Shown here: positions 42,957 through 55,548 of the stretch, in pieces
Numbering within the stretch: position 1 is the stretch's first letter
Layout of the letters: every line of letters starts with the position of its first letter
Assembly (NCBI GenBank): GCA_012295275.1
Contig: CM022672.1
Coordinates: 25,296,001 to 25,360,000, forward strand
Direction: 5' to 3'
Source of the DNA: Chrysomallon squamiferum
Taxonomy: Eukaryota > Animalia > Mollusca
DNA: 64,000 nucleotides
Program-made: the position numbers and the translations under genes
The notes under the pieces: model-generated
Databases searched by the model: none
What the model was told of the DNA's origin: nothing
What the model saw: only the letters and a program-made list of their open reading frames with translations

Positions 42957-43419
42957 TACACATTTTTTAAATAAATAAATAAATAATTTAAAAAATAAAA
43001 TATTAAAATTTAAAATAAAAACATACCTCCACGACAAAAAAAAAAAAGAAAAGAAAAAAAGGAAGAAATATATATATATATATATATATATAACAAGAAC
43101 TAAGTTAAACAATAATATCGTATTTGATCAGTTTTAAGTAATGGATATGTACCTCGTGTCATGATGACCTGAAATAAAGTCAACACAAATCTTGTCATGG
43201 TTCAGATAATAAATACAGTATCGCCTAGAAGTGACGTAGACGTTTTAACATTAACTAGGCAAGAACAAACATGTCATACTTATATTTGTTATAGATAATA
43301 ATATACACAGCGTTTATCTGAAAACATATTATTTACATAACAGCCATATATACCATACTATATATGTGTGTGTGTGTATATTTTGTATGCACGAATGGAT
43401 GTACTTGTATGCTCATCTC

Positions 43420-43513
<94 letters not shown>

Positions 43514-43523
43514 CATATATGTA

Positions 43524-43560
<37 letters not shown>

Positions 43561-44936
43561 GCTTCTATATATGTAAGCATAATTCATTTAACAAAATATT
43601 ACATTACCGTATATCAGTTTATGAAACATTAATATACTTATATACGTTTATGTACAGTACACACCGCATTCAAAGCTTCCTTGTATCTATATTAATATAC
43701 ATATTAGAAGTGGAAGTCCAGTTATACTTCAGTAATCCGTTTATATATGGCACGTATGTTAGAATTGGTCAAAACCGTGTATATATTATGTACAAACGAG
43801 TTTTCATAGAGAAAGTACTTATAGGATGTGAACAAAAACAAAGAAACAAATAAAAATAAGTAAATAAATACAAAAGAAGAAAGAAAAAACGAGAGAAAAA
43901 AAAAACCACGAAAAGAAAAGAAAATATTTTAATTTGCTACGTATACATAACACAAAATTCCGAGTATATATATACTGTCTCTATGTATATGTATCCATAT
44001 GTGTGTATAGATATATACACACACAGAGACACACACATACACACACACATGCACACACAGAGACAGTATAATTACTATACTGATACATACAGTATCTAAT
44101 GAACAGAATACACAAGTAGACTTTATGCTATCACAGACAAAGTGATCAAGAATTATACATATTTCCCCATCGACATATTCGCTGAACTTAAGAATCCGGG
44201 TATTTTCTCAAATCTGATAATCTACATTTAAAAAAAAACTAATGACAGAAAAACGTTTTGACAATGACCATTCAGATGTGGAAAGGATATTCTGGTCTGC
44301 TAAGAAAGTGACACAACATCCGGTAAAACAGGAGAAGATAATGACCGGAGGCCGGCTCTTCTGTTCTTGAGGCTGAAAAAAACAACAAATTAATAATAAT
44401 AAAGTGAAAATATTATATCAGAATTTATATATATACATATGTTGTTTTTTCAGTGTGTTCTTACTTCATATAATTTATGTAAGTTTAGTTTTTCCTTGAT
44501 GTAATGTGTATGTATGTATATATGTATGCATGTACGAACGTATATATGTAAGTATGTTCGTATGTGTCAGCACAAAAATGTAGGTGACTATATATTTAGA
44601 TGTATGTGGATGTGTATACATAGATATGCAAAAAAAATGTATTATTCTATACACAAATACACAGACTCACATGAACAGTTTTATGAGATTTCTATGGAAA
44701 TTACATTACACTCCAAATCAGATTTAGATGTTATAATAATGATGATGATGATGATGTTAATTATGATTACGACGATAATGGTGATGATGATAATAATATA
44801 TATTATACATTTTGTAAAATTATAACCCTCTTCGTTTTTCATGTTTCATCCATAGTTAGTAAGTTAATATATTAACAGAATATATAAGCAAACATATTCT
44901 CTAACCGCTGAAACTCTTTATACAAATGGCCTTTGA
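42495..44936. repeat. Segmental duplication block Z, direct copy of about 57147-59460 (last intron part, last exon and 3' region of the large-exon gene)
   Basis: Collinear high similarity, e.g. 43130-43380 vs 57710-57970 and 44100-44420 vs 58600-58940. Confidence 0.9.
44272..44372 (-). CDS. Probable terminal exon of TIR copy 3 (ASRTEEPASGHYLLLFYRMLCHFLSRPEYPFHI*); model 208 aa
   Basis: gtttttttcag acceptor, phase 1, in frame with the copy 3 donor; duplicate of 58774-58874. Confidence 0.62.
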
Positions 44937-44971
44937 TAAAGTAGTGTCGAGTCTAATGTTTATATTAAAAG

Positions 44972-45077
<106 letters not shown>

Positions 45078-45292
45078 TCTCTCTCTCATACATACTTACT
45101 CAGATCACATATACACACCATAGAGTTTCCAGCCCAAACAAACAAAGTCATGCACATACATGATACACAAAAAGACATATGACATAGTTAATTATTACAT
45201 TACTTGGGTTTGGGCTGGAAACTCGTTTGCTGTTTTCTGTGGAAGGAGATCTGGTGAGCGACACCGCTATATCATATATATATGTGAGTCTG

Positions 45293-45390
<98 letters not shown>

Positions 45391-45445
45391 GCATCTCTCG
45401 ATTTATTTATTTATTTATTCATTTATTCATTCATTCATTCTTTAG

Positions 45446-45655
45446 CTTTTAGTGAAATGAATGGAGGTGTCAGTGAGGTTATGAGCTTCAATATGGCACA
45501 GGAGAAAGAAGCCGATGAATCTCTTTTCCAGAATGATTGGTTAGAATCCCAAAACTGCAGCAGCAACACGACGTCCTGTGAATATCATATAGCGGTGTCA
45601 CTCAGCAGATCTCCTTCCAGAGAAAACAGCAAACGAGTTTGCAGCCCAAACCCAA
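45446..45655 (+). pseudogene. Inverted exon A paralogue (210 nt, acceptor kept, donor lost) inside copy 3
   Basis: AFSEMNGGVSEVMSFNMAQEKEADE... lies on the plus strand, opposite to every other family exon. Confidence 0.8.
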
Positions 45656-45877
45656 ACGAGTTTCCAGCGCAAACAAACAAATTCATGCACATACATGATA
45701 CACGAAAAGACATATGACAGACATAGTTAATTATTACAGTACTTGGGTATTTTCGAGTTAATAATAGAGACAGAGCTAGGAATGGACTGATAGAGATGCG
45801 AAGTGTATATATATATGTGTGTGTGAATAAAATAAAAAAGATTATAGAAAATTGTTGCAGTCCATATAAGTGTTTAC

Positions 45878-46403
45878 CTCCCTCTGCCTGTGCAGTAAAC
45901 CCCAGAAGGTTGTTAGCCTGGCGTCCCCTCGTGTACTTTTCTATTCCTGACTTCAAGGCACGATCCAGCCTACCAGTCCAGTCTTCTCTCCTTTCTCTCC
46001 AGTGATTTATAGGTAGAAAAAGGACTCTTCTCAAGTTCAGCTCCCTGGGTATTTCTTCCTGTGTTAATCCAAAGGCGATAGGAATAAGACGATAAGCCTG
46101 CTGCTCTTCCAACAACAACTTGAAGACTGAATTCTGACAGTAATGTTCCCAAGAACTTCGTAAAAACTCCTGGGTCAGAACGATCAGGACAAAAAAGGAA
46201 CTATCAAAAGTTTCGAAATGTTCGTCAAAGAAAGACTGACCTGGACAGGCATCGCGAGATACAACATAGTTAAAACGATAGCCAAGCTGTTCTAAAGTGT
46301 CTGATATAAATAAAGCTTTGTCTTCATCTTCTTCAACTGATTCCTTATGGATAATGTAACAACAGTATTTAAATTTACGACGTAATTTATCAGCCATTAC
46401 CAT
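45878..46403 (-). CDS. TIR gene copy 3, TIR-domain exon (acceptor at 46418)
   Basis: TIR core nearly identical to copy 1, different N-terminus and exon tail; phase-1 donor G|GTAAAC. Confidence 0.9.
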
Positions 46404-47658
46404 TTTTTCCTCAAAATTCTGAAGAAAAAAAAAGAAACAATAAAAAAAATTAAAAAAAAAAAAAAATTGAAAAATTAAATTAAGTATCTAATCCACACAC
46501 ACACACATTCATATATATGAATGTGTGTTTGTGTTTTATACACACATATACATAAACACACATACATTCATATATGTTCGTGAAGGAAAATGCATCAACA
46601 GTAAATTAAGTACGTTATTAAACTGGCGCAGACATAACAATACATTTAGAACTGTGTTTAAAACCAACGCTGTCAGAATTTTGACCTAGCCAGTCATGGA
46701 TCGACTGAACATAGAAATATATCGCAGAATGACGTGAGTAGGTAATGAAGCTAAGATTTGCATTTTAGAATCTGTAATTTTCACGAGTAATTTCATGACG
46801 GCCCTGGGTTATTATTAAATACCCGGAAGGCCTTAACTTTTTTCATTGTAACTGTTTTCCCGCGCAAAATGAATCGCCATTAAATACCAAAATATAGATT
46901 GAACAATATCATTATTCCTTCATGTAGTTCGAAATTCAGAATTCGAATGAACTTTCTTTGTATTCTATCTGTAATTATTTCATTCATTACAATATTTAGC
47001 CATTAATACAGTGTAAAGGCAGAGAGAAAACAAACTTACTGTCAAGGTAAAAATGCTCGATAGGAAATTACGTATTGGCTAACTTCTATATTTAACTGCG
47101 ATTATTTAGGACAGGCTTCTGACTTATGTTGTTTGATGCATATCATGTGATCGTTGAGTGATCATAACTGTTTAATTTTTTAATTAAATATTTCACATTA
47201 CAATAAAATGTATTATAAAATTAAAATTATATGGTGCAATAATATCATAATTTTAAAACTTTAGCACTTCCTGGATCGTTAATTGCAGGTTCGGCTCTAA
47301 TAGACTGTATTTTTTGAACGGTTTGTTTGCGAGGGGATAGCTTTAAAAATTAGGTTTCAAATATATATTATTTTATGTATATTTAGATGTGTGAGTGTGT
47401 TTCTTTAAATATGTGTACGTTTGAGTGGTGTTTACATTTGTGTTGGTCTGTCAGATTACGAGTAAAACTGATGTGTAAAACAGATTTTAATAATATATAT
47501 TTATTTTTAAAACATATTTATTGTCGAGATTCTGGATGTTCAACATGACCACTGTTATTATGTTATAACTGAAAATCAGGTACAAAACTTTATTTCTAGA
47601 AATTCAGAATCGTTTTACGATTTGTATCCTTAACCTGTATATATGTGTGTGTGTCTGT

Positions 47659-47692
<34 letters not shown>

Positions 47693-49351
47693 CTGTGTGT
47701 GTGTGTGTGTGAATTTATTTGAATAGTTTCGTGTGACACATGATTCTAGAAGTTCTAGTATGAGTTTGCACATTTTCTTTTCATGTGTGCCTTTCCCCAT
47801 AAGCATTATCTTTATTTTACTAATTTAAAAATCTATTGGGTGTCAAAATCATCATAATCATCGTCAAGATAATTATCATCATCACTGTGGTTTTCGTCAT
47901 CATCATCATCGTCCTCGTAGACGTCATCAATATCATCATCGTCATAATCATCATCATCATAATCACCACCATCATCTTCATCATCATCATCATCACCATC
48001 ATTATCATGATAATGTTCCATTGTTTGGCGAAAGCGTCTAAGATATCTCTGTGTTTCCATTCCTCACTGATTGTTTAATCTTTATTGTAAGTAAATTCTT
48101 TATCAGTGATAGATTTATTTTTTACTGACAATGATAGAAATATGAACTGAAAACTGCATTAAATTGACAATAACACCACAGAAGAGGAGTTATATTTTAT
48201 TTACTGTTAAACTGCACTTCAAAACAGAAATTAAACTGACATGTTGATTTTTCTACATACATAACGATCATCCTTTGTAAATAAATAATGAATGAACAAA
48301 TGATTAATAAAAATAAATAAATGAATAAATAAATAATAATGAAAATTAAATAAAAATAAACAAATAGAATAAAAAGATTAATTATTAAAACTATTTCTTA
48401 TATTTCTTCTTCTACTACTTTGCTAAAATCACTATTCTACCAGTGTAATAATCATAGTAATAACGATAATAACAATACTATAATAATAACAAAAACAACA
48501 ATGACAACAATAATAATATTAAAAGCAATAATGATAATAATAGTATTAGTAATAATAGTAGCGGTATAAGAGGTATTATTGTTAGCAGTAGCAGTAGTAG
48601 TGGTGGTGGTGGTGGTAGTAGTAGTAGTAACTAAGTAAGCAAATAATTATAAAATACTCCAGTTCCGTCGTTATCGACTCATTATTCTTATCGTTTAAAA
48701 CTTAAATATTAAATAATCTAGATTTCTGTCAAGATAATAATATTTTACATTTAATTCCCATTCGTTTCAAACTATTAAATATTTCGAGTAATAGTTGAAA
48801 TAACAATCGAAGATTTAAATCAAAATCTGTCATGGAATTTTGACCAAGAAAATGATTTATAAATAAATGGGTAAGAAAAAAAAAAAAAAAAAAAAAAAAA
48901 AATTAAACAACACGTAAATGCATCAAAAACAATATGACAAAAATGGAATAAGAAAATACTATAACTACTGTTACTATTACTAAATAAATAAATATATATA
49001 TAATTGGTAAGCTTGGATGTTTCAAAAGAAATAAAAAGTAAAGTAAATAAAGTTTAGCATAAAAACCTTAGTTCTGCAATAATGTTTTGCATGACAATGC
49101 ATGTTTCAAAATGAATAAATAAATAAATAAATAAATGACTTTGCACTAAAAATGTTTGCAACTGTCGCTTTTTTTTTTTTTTTGTTTTTTCTTCTTTTTT
49201 TTTTTCGTCCTGGAGAATACATTCTTGCTGGTTATTTTTTATGTCTTATTTGAAAAAGAAAAACAATAGCAAATGCTCCGTTACAGTTACTTCCTATGAC
49301 AAAAATGTTCCGTTAACCAAATAAATAAATAATTAAATCTAAAAAAAAGCT

Positions 49352-49548
49352 TCACTGAAGCTCGAAACCTGAATAAAAGGCAGACGACATTCCGTCCAAG
49401 CCAGAAGACAGAAGAATGGTGAAACTGTCGCTTGTACAGTTTTGGGATTCTAACCACTCGTCCTGGAGAATAGATTCTTCAACTTCTTTTTTCTGACCCA
49501 TACTGCAGGGAAAAACGTAATAGTCACCTCCGTTCATTTCGCTAAAAG
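49352..49548 (-). pseudogene. A/B-hybrid terminal exon downstream of pseudogene copy 4
   Basis: Acceptor and phase fit the copy 4 donor; 5' half resembles exon A and 3' half resembles exon B. Confidence 0.6.
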
Positions 49549-49835
49549 CTAATGAAAAAATGAAAGAATAAATAAATAAATAAATAATTAAATAAATAAA
49601 TAAATCGATAGCAGCTTTATAAGGCTGTAAATGAATAAAGAAAGAAATAATTATAATATGATGGCAATGGTAATTACAATTTAAACATACAAAACCAAAA
49701 CATACAGAAATACATCTCTCTCATCGTCTCTCTCAGTAATTGTCAGCACATAACAAAATGTGACTAAATTTTATCATAAAAATACAGGGGGATAACTCTT
49801 CGACCTGTATTTCTTAAGGTATCTAGTTCATTTAA

Positions 49836-49939
<104 letters not shown>

Positions 49940-50433
49940 TAGTCTCTTTGACTCTTTCTCTCTCTGACTCTTTCTGCCTCTCTTTCTCTGTCTCTCTTTA
50001 TATATCTCTACTGTCTTTATCTCTCTGTCTCTGTGTTTGTCTCTCTTTATCTTTGTTGGCCTCTTTTTCTCTCTTGGGCCAGTTCTCTGCAACATAACTA
50101 CGATATTACTGTCTATAATGTTATACTATAGTTGTCTATCGTGTTGTGGAAATAGGCGGAGAAAATAAAGATGTAATCGAAATCGAACTTGTGTAGTTTT
50201 TGAGTGAGGGCGCTTTACGCATCTGGCCACATTAGTATACACTGTAGGCTAATATTAATATCATAAACTATTAATATAAACTAATGATATTAATAACTCT
50301 AATTCGTGACAAGTAGTGGTAACAATTAAAATATTGTTAATATAGTCAAGCTGTTTTTAATATCATGTACAAATAGTTATAATTATTTATTTGTTCTTTC
50401 ATATTAGATTTCAATCGTTACACTTACTAAAAA

Positions 50434-50529
<96 letters not shown>

Positions 50530-51032
50530 TAAATATATAACGCAAGGTTATATTGATATATAAACTATTATTAATATGAACTATAAACCATTTTTAATAC
50601 CATCTGTTAACTTTTATGTATTGTTAATTCAACTAAAACTATTAATTAGTAACAAAAACAAAAAACAAAAACAAAAAACAACAACAACATTAACAATAAT
50701 AATAATAATAATAATAATAATACATTTCGGTACAATTTTTATTGATTTCTATTACTGATTATTCAGTTTCTTTAGAAAGCATTATTAACATATATATCTT
50801 TAGAAAACTGAATATTATGTTACTGTTGTAAGCATCTAGGAGGTGTTCCAAAGAAGGACAAATATGTTATTGTTTGTATGTATATATGTTACTGTTTTTG
50901 ATGTTTTTAAGACTATTTTCGGGATAATAATAGAGACAGAGTGAGAAATGGATTGACAATGATGTGAAAAAACATATATACATGCAATGTAAAAAAATAT
51001 AAAAATTTGTTGTAGTCAGTATACGTATTTAC

Positions 51033-51612
51033 CTCTGTCTTTCTGTGCAAAGTTTCTGACAGTCAAACTCGGAGAGTCATTAGCCTGGAGTCCCCTCGTG
51101 TATTTGTCTTTTCCTGACTTCAAGGCACGATCCAGCTTACCAGTCCAGACTTCTTTCATCTTTCTCCAGTCACTTGTAGGCAGAAAAATTACTCTCTTCA
51201 CGTTCAGCTCTCTGGGTATTTCATCTTGTCTTAATCCAAAGGCGATAGGAATAAGACGACAACCCTGCTGCTATTGCAACAGCTCCAAGAAGGCTGAATT
51301 CTGACAGATTCTAAAACCCTATCTTAGCTTCATTAGCTACATACGTCATTCTGTGATATGTTCTTGGGAACTTTGTAAAAAATCCCGGGTCAAAACGGTC
51401 GGGACAATCACGGAACTATCTAAAGCTTCGAAATGTTCGTCAAAGTAAGAGTGACCTGCACAGGCATCACGAGATACAACGTAGTTAGGACTAAAGCCAA
51501 GCTGTTCTAAAGTGTTTGATATAAATAAAGCTTTCTCTTTGTCTACTTGAACTGGTTCATTATGGATGATGTAACAGTAGTATTTAAATTCACGAGGTAA
51601 CAGACTAGACAT
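51033..51612 (-). pseudogene. TIR gene copy 4, disrupted TIR exon
   Basis: Homologous TIR sequence with a ~50-bp insertion (51308-51357) bringing a TGA, a second in-frame TAG near 51271-51273, W->Q in the SSW motif and BB loop RDACAG. Confidence 0.88.
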
Positions 51613-52917
51613 TACGATTTTCTCCCAGAATTCTGAGTAAAAAAAAAAAAAAAAATAAATAATAATAATAATAATAATAAATAAATAAATAAATAAAATA
51701 AAAATTTAGAAGAAGAAAGAAAGAAAAGCGAAAAGTTAATTAAAATAATTCATCTGCGTTTGTGTATGTATTTTCCAGACATATATACAAACTATATTCA
51801 TAAAAACATACGTACTTACGCGAGCACACACACTTACAATCACACACATACATCCATACAAACATGTGAAGAATAATGTATCAACAGTAAATAAAATACG
51901 TTATTAAACTGGCGCAGCCATAACAATACATTTAGAACTGTGTTTAAAACAACGCTGTGAACATTGTGACCTAGCCAGTCATGGATCGACTGAACATTTG
52001 AAACATATCACAGAATGACGTGTGTAGGTAATGAAGTTAAGATAGGGTTTTAGAATCTGTAAGCTGTGGAAAATTCTACCAAGTACAAACAGAAGATAAT
52101 GTTCCATAAAAAACTGAACCGAAATACAGCCTGCTTTATCTGTCTATTAATTAATTTATTTTATCTTATTCATTTATATACCTATTTCATTTATTTTATT
52201 TTATTTATTTTATTTTATTTTATTTTATTTTATTTTATTTTATTTTATTTTATTTACTGTCTAGGAGAACATGTTATAAATGACGTTATTTCTTTTCATA
52301 GTTGTAATTTCGAGACTGCCCTAGATTCACTAAGTATAATTATAAATACTTTTTCTCTATCTCTCTCCTTTTCTCAGTACTAGAAATAATGGATGCATGA
52401 ATGAAAAGAGGACAGTTCATTTCTTACCGCACTAAACAGATTAAACCGATGTGAACTGAAATCAGGAATCCCGTTGACAAATGCACAAAGTATCAGTCAA
52501 ACTGCTATTCTGTCGCAAAATGAACCGCCATGAAATATCCAAATGTAGATTGAACAATATTATTATTCCTTAATGTAGTTCGAAATTCAGACTCAGAATG
52601 AACTTTCTTTGTTTTCTATCTGTAATGATTTCATTCATTTCATCAAAATGGAATTAAAATATTTAGCCGTTAATACAATGTAAAGGCAGAGAAAATTCAA
52701 ACTTACTGTATCGTTAAAATATTAGCTAAGTTCTATATTTAACTACGTATCTAGAACAGCCAAAGAATAGACGTCATTTACCTGAATCATACCGTTTTTG
52801 ATCTTAGTCTGCTGTGACATAATCTTTTCTTCTTCAACCTATTTTTATTTATTTGTTTATTTTAAAGCACTTTTTATCTCTTTTGTTTGTTTGTTTGTTT
52901 GGTCTTTCTTCTTCTTC

Positions 52918-52948
<31 letters not shown>

Positions 52949-53146
52949 AAAGATAAAAGAAATAAGAAAGATATGAAATTCCTCTATGTAATAACTAATA
53001 TAATCTATATAACACTTTATATAGTCATATTAACAGTCATTTTAACATACTTTAGGTAAGGGCATGGCCGTAACTGCATTGAGGCAAATGCCTCACACGC
53101 AAATTGACGATTTTTATTATTTATATTTATTATTTTTTTTTATTTT

Positions 53147-53235
<89 letters not shown>

Positions 53236-53998
53236 GTACATCAGTGCTACTTAAAGCACTTACCTGCCTTCATTCACAAATAAAAAGCACGTGTGGCTGC
53301 AGTGTTATCCTGAATTTCAAAGTGACTGCAGACTCATCAGCTCCATAATGTTAGGAATGAGGGATAGCTCGGATACACACGTAGGCAGGGGAGATTTCAG
53401 AGGAGTTGGGAACTCTCCTATAATCGTCCCCTGGCATACGTTGAGTGAACATAACTATTATGAATTAAATTTTTTACATTACAATTAAATGTGCTATAAA
53501 ATCAAAATTATATGGTGGTATGATATTGTTTAAAACTTTAGGCCTAAAGTGGCACCCGTTCGAACTTACTAGACTGTTAATTCTAGGTTGAATTGTATTA
53601 AACTAGTTGATTTACTCAAACACGGAAAAGACATATAATAATATCATAAGTTGAGAGCTGTTTTCACTTTTTTTCCTCTTCTGTGACTGTTATCTTCACA
53701 TATACTCTATGAGAAGGTGCATATGCAAAATATATTTTGCTGCTTATCAAAACACAGCAGTCAATACATAACACATATTGGACAAAACCACTGCCTGACA
53801 GAATTATTCATTATTTTGTTCTTTAAGAGAAAAGTTATTTTAATCTTCAGTGTTCTTTATGTAAGCAAAAGAAAACGACCATATTTTAATATCCAACTAG
53901 GTATTCAAATTTTCATATGTGCGCGTGTGTGGTTGTTTATATATGTGTACCTTTGCGTATTGTGTTTATTTGTGTGTTGGTCTGTCCGATTACATGTG

Positions 53999-55548
53999 TG
54001 TAACTAGTCACTTGGCGTAAAGCCCAAGACCGTCAGACATTAGGCCTAATGACTAAAATTTTCAGGAATTAAGGCCAATAGACTAAATTTTGGTTCGTGT
54101 TGTTGGACATTCTCTTTTGCTTACATCTGTTCATTGAAGGGATTAGTGGTTCAGTTCAATTCTTTATTATCGTAAACTTTACAGCTTATTGATATACAAT
54201 GTCAATAATAAAAAAATGCAAGAAGTACAAATAGAGACAATATGATAAAAAAGAAATTTAATATAGCACATAAATTATATCTAACTAAACAATAATTTTC
54301 TACACTGAAATGCTTTAAACAAATATGTTCGCTAATTGCAGTGACTTGAATTTTCAATCTTATCTTCAATCTCACCATTGTTACATAAAATACATATTCC
54401 TATATCTCCCAGTCTCAACTGTGAACATAGCCTCTCTTTTGTTAAGTATCTTTTATAAATTATTGGTATAGATTTGACTAAATAAACCTGAAATGTTACA
54501 CCGTCTGTAATGTATTTATGTAAATTGTCACATTTCACAGATGTATTTAGCTGAACTGAAAGATTCCGCCTTGCTTGGTCATATATTATTTACTTAATTA
54601 TGCACAAATAAAGGAAGAGTACTTCTTGATTATGTACCAGCTAAAGAAGATCTCTGTTGACCCCAGGAAGAAAACCCACCATGAGTACTTACCACCTCAT
54701 GTACAAGTTTGAAAACCTTCAATGTGAAGACGTGCAGAAACTGACCAAAAAGCACCAAACAGATGAAGACACACCTCTGTACTTCGTTTCCACTGAAGAC
54801 ATCTTTGACGTCATCAAGCGGACACACATCTCAACAGGCCAAGGTGGACGTGATCGGATGCTGAAAGAACTATTCAAAATGTATGTGAATGTGGCACATG
54901 AAGCTATCGAACTGTTCACGTCGCTATGCATGGACTGTCAACAGAAACGCAAGAGGCCAACAACCAAAGGAGTGGTGGTCGAACCTATTCTGACCAAGGA
55001 GTTTTCGTTACGTAGCCAAGTGGATCTTGCAGACATGCAGTCCTTACCCAGTGGAAAGTACACGTGGAGCATGGTTGTAAGGACTATTTGACCAAGTCCT
55101 GTATTCTCAGTATAGCACTGCTATTGTTGGATGACATGAACAAAGAATGTGCAATGTCTGTTAGAGCAGCAGTGTCAAAGGAATCATCTGCAGGGGGAGA
55201 AAGGTTTGTAAAATGCAGCTGTGGAGGACAAAGAGGTGTCAAACAAAACGTTGTAAATGTTTCAAGAACAATATTTTGTGCAACTCAACATGACACTCAA
55301 GTTTGAATTGCTGTTATAAATAGAACACTACTTGATGCGTTTCTAAATAAATGTTTTCCTGCAATTCCTGTCATTCATTTTGATTCAGTCATTTTGCCTA
55401 ATGTCTAGAGGTCTATTTAAGTCGTTTGGCCCAATTCCTGGAAATTTTAGTCATTAGGCCAAACGCCTGACAGTCTTGGGCATTAAGTTAAATGCCTAAA
55501 CATTTCAGGCATTAGGCCAAATGCCTAGTTTGACTACTGACTGTAACA
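53999..55548 (+). mobile_element. Degenerate Ginger/GIN-type DNA transposon with KRBA2/SCAND3-like integrase relic (ORF 54657-55091 plus Cys-rich tail fragment)
   Basis: Eroded HHCC zinc finger (H.STGQGGRDRM...C..CQ) followed by PI...F..R.QVDL.DMQ integrase start. Imperfect ~80-bp inverted repeats (54005-54088 vs 55416-55495), TGT...ACA ends; absent from the paralogous sites near 33655 and 47460. Confidence 0.8.

Noticed and set aside
45585-45877. Hydrophobic C-terminal extension of the 272-aa copy 3 ORF as a transmembrane tail
   Set aside because: Read-through past the conserved splice donor into intron and rearranged antisense exon A sequence; not shared by other copies.
53255-53275. ACTTACCTG resembling the U1 snRNA 5' end
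   Set aside because: No U1 body follows; it is a minus-strand splice-donor-like sequence (CAG|GTAAGT), possibly a UTR exon of copy 4.
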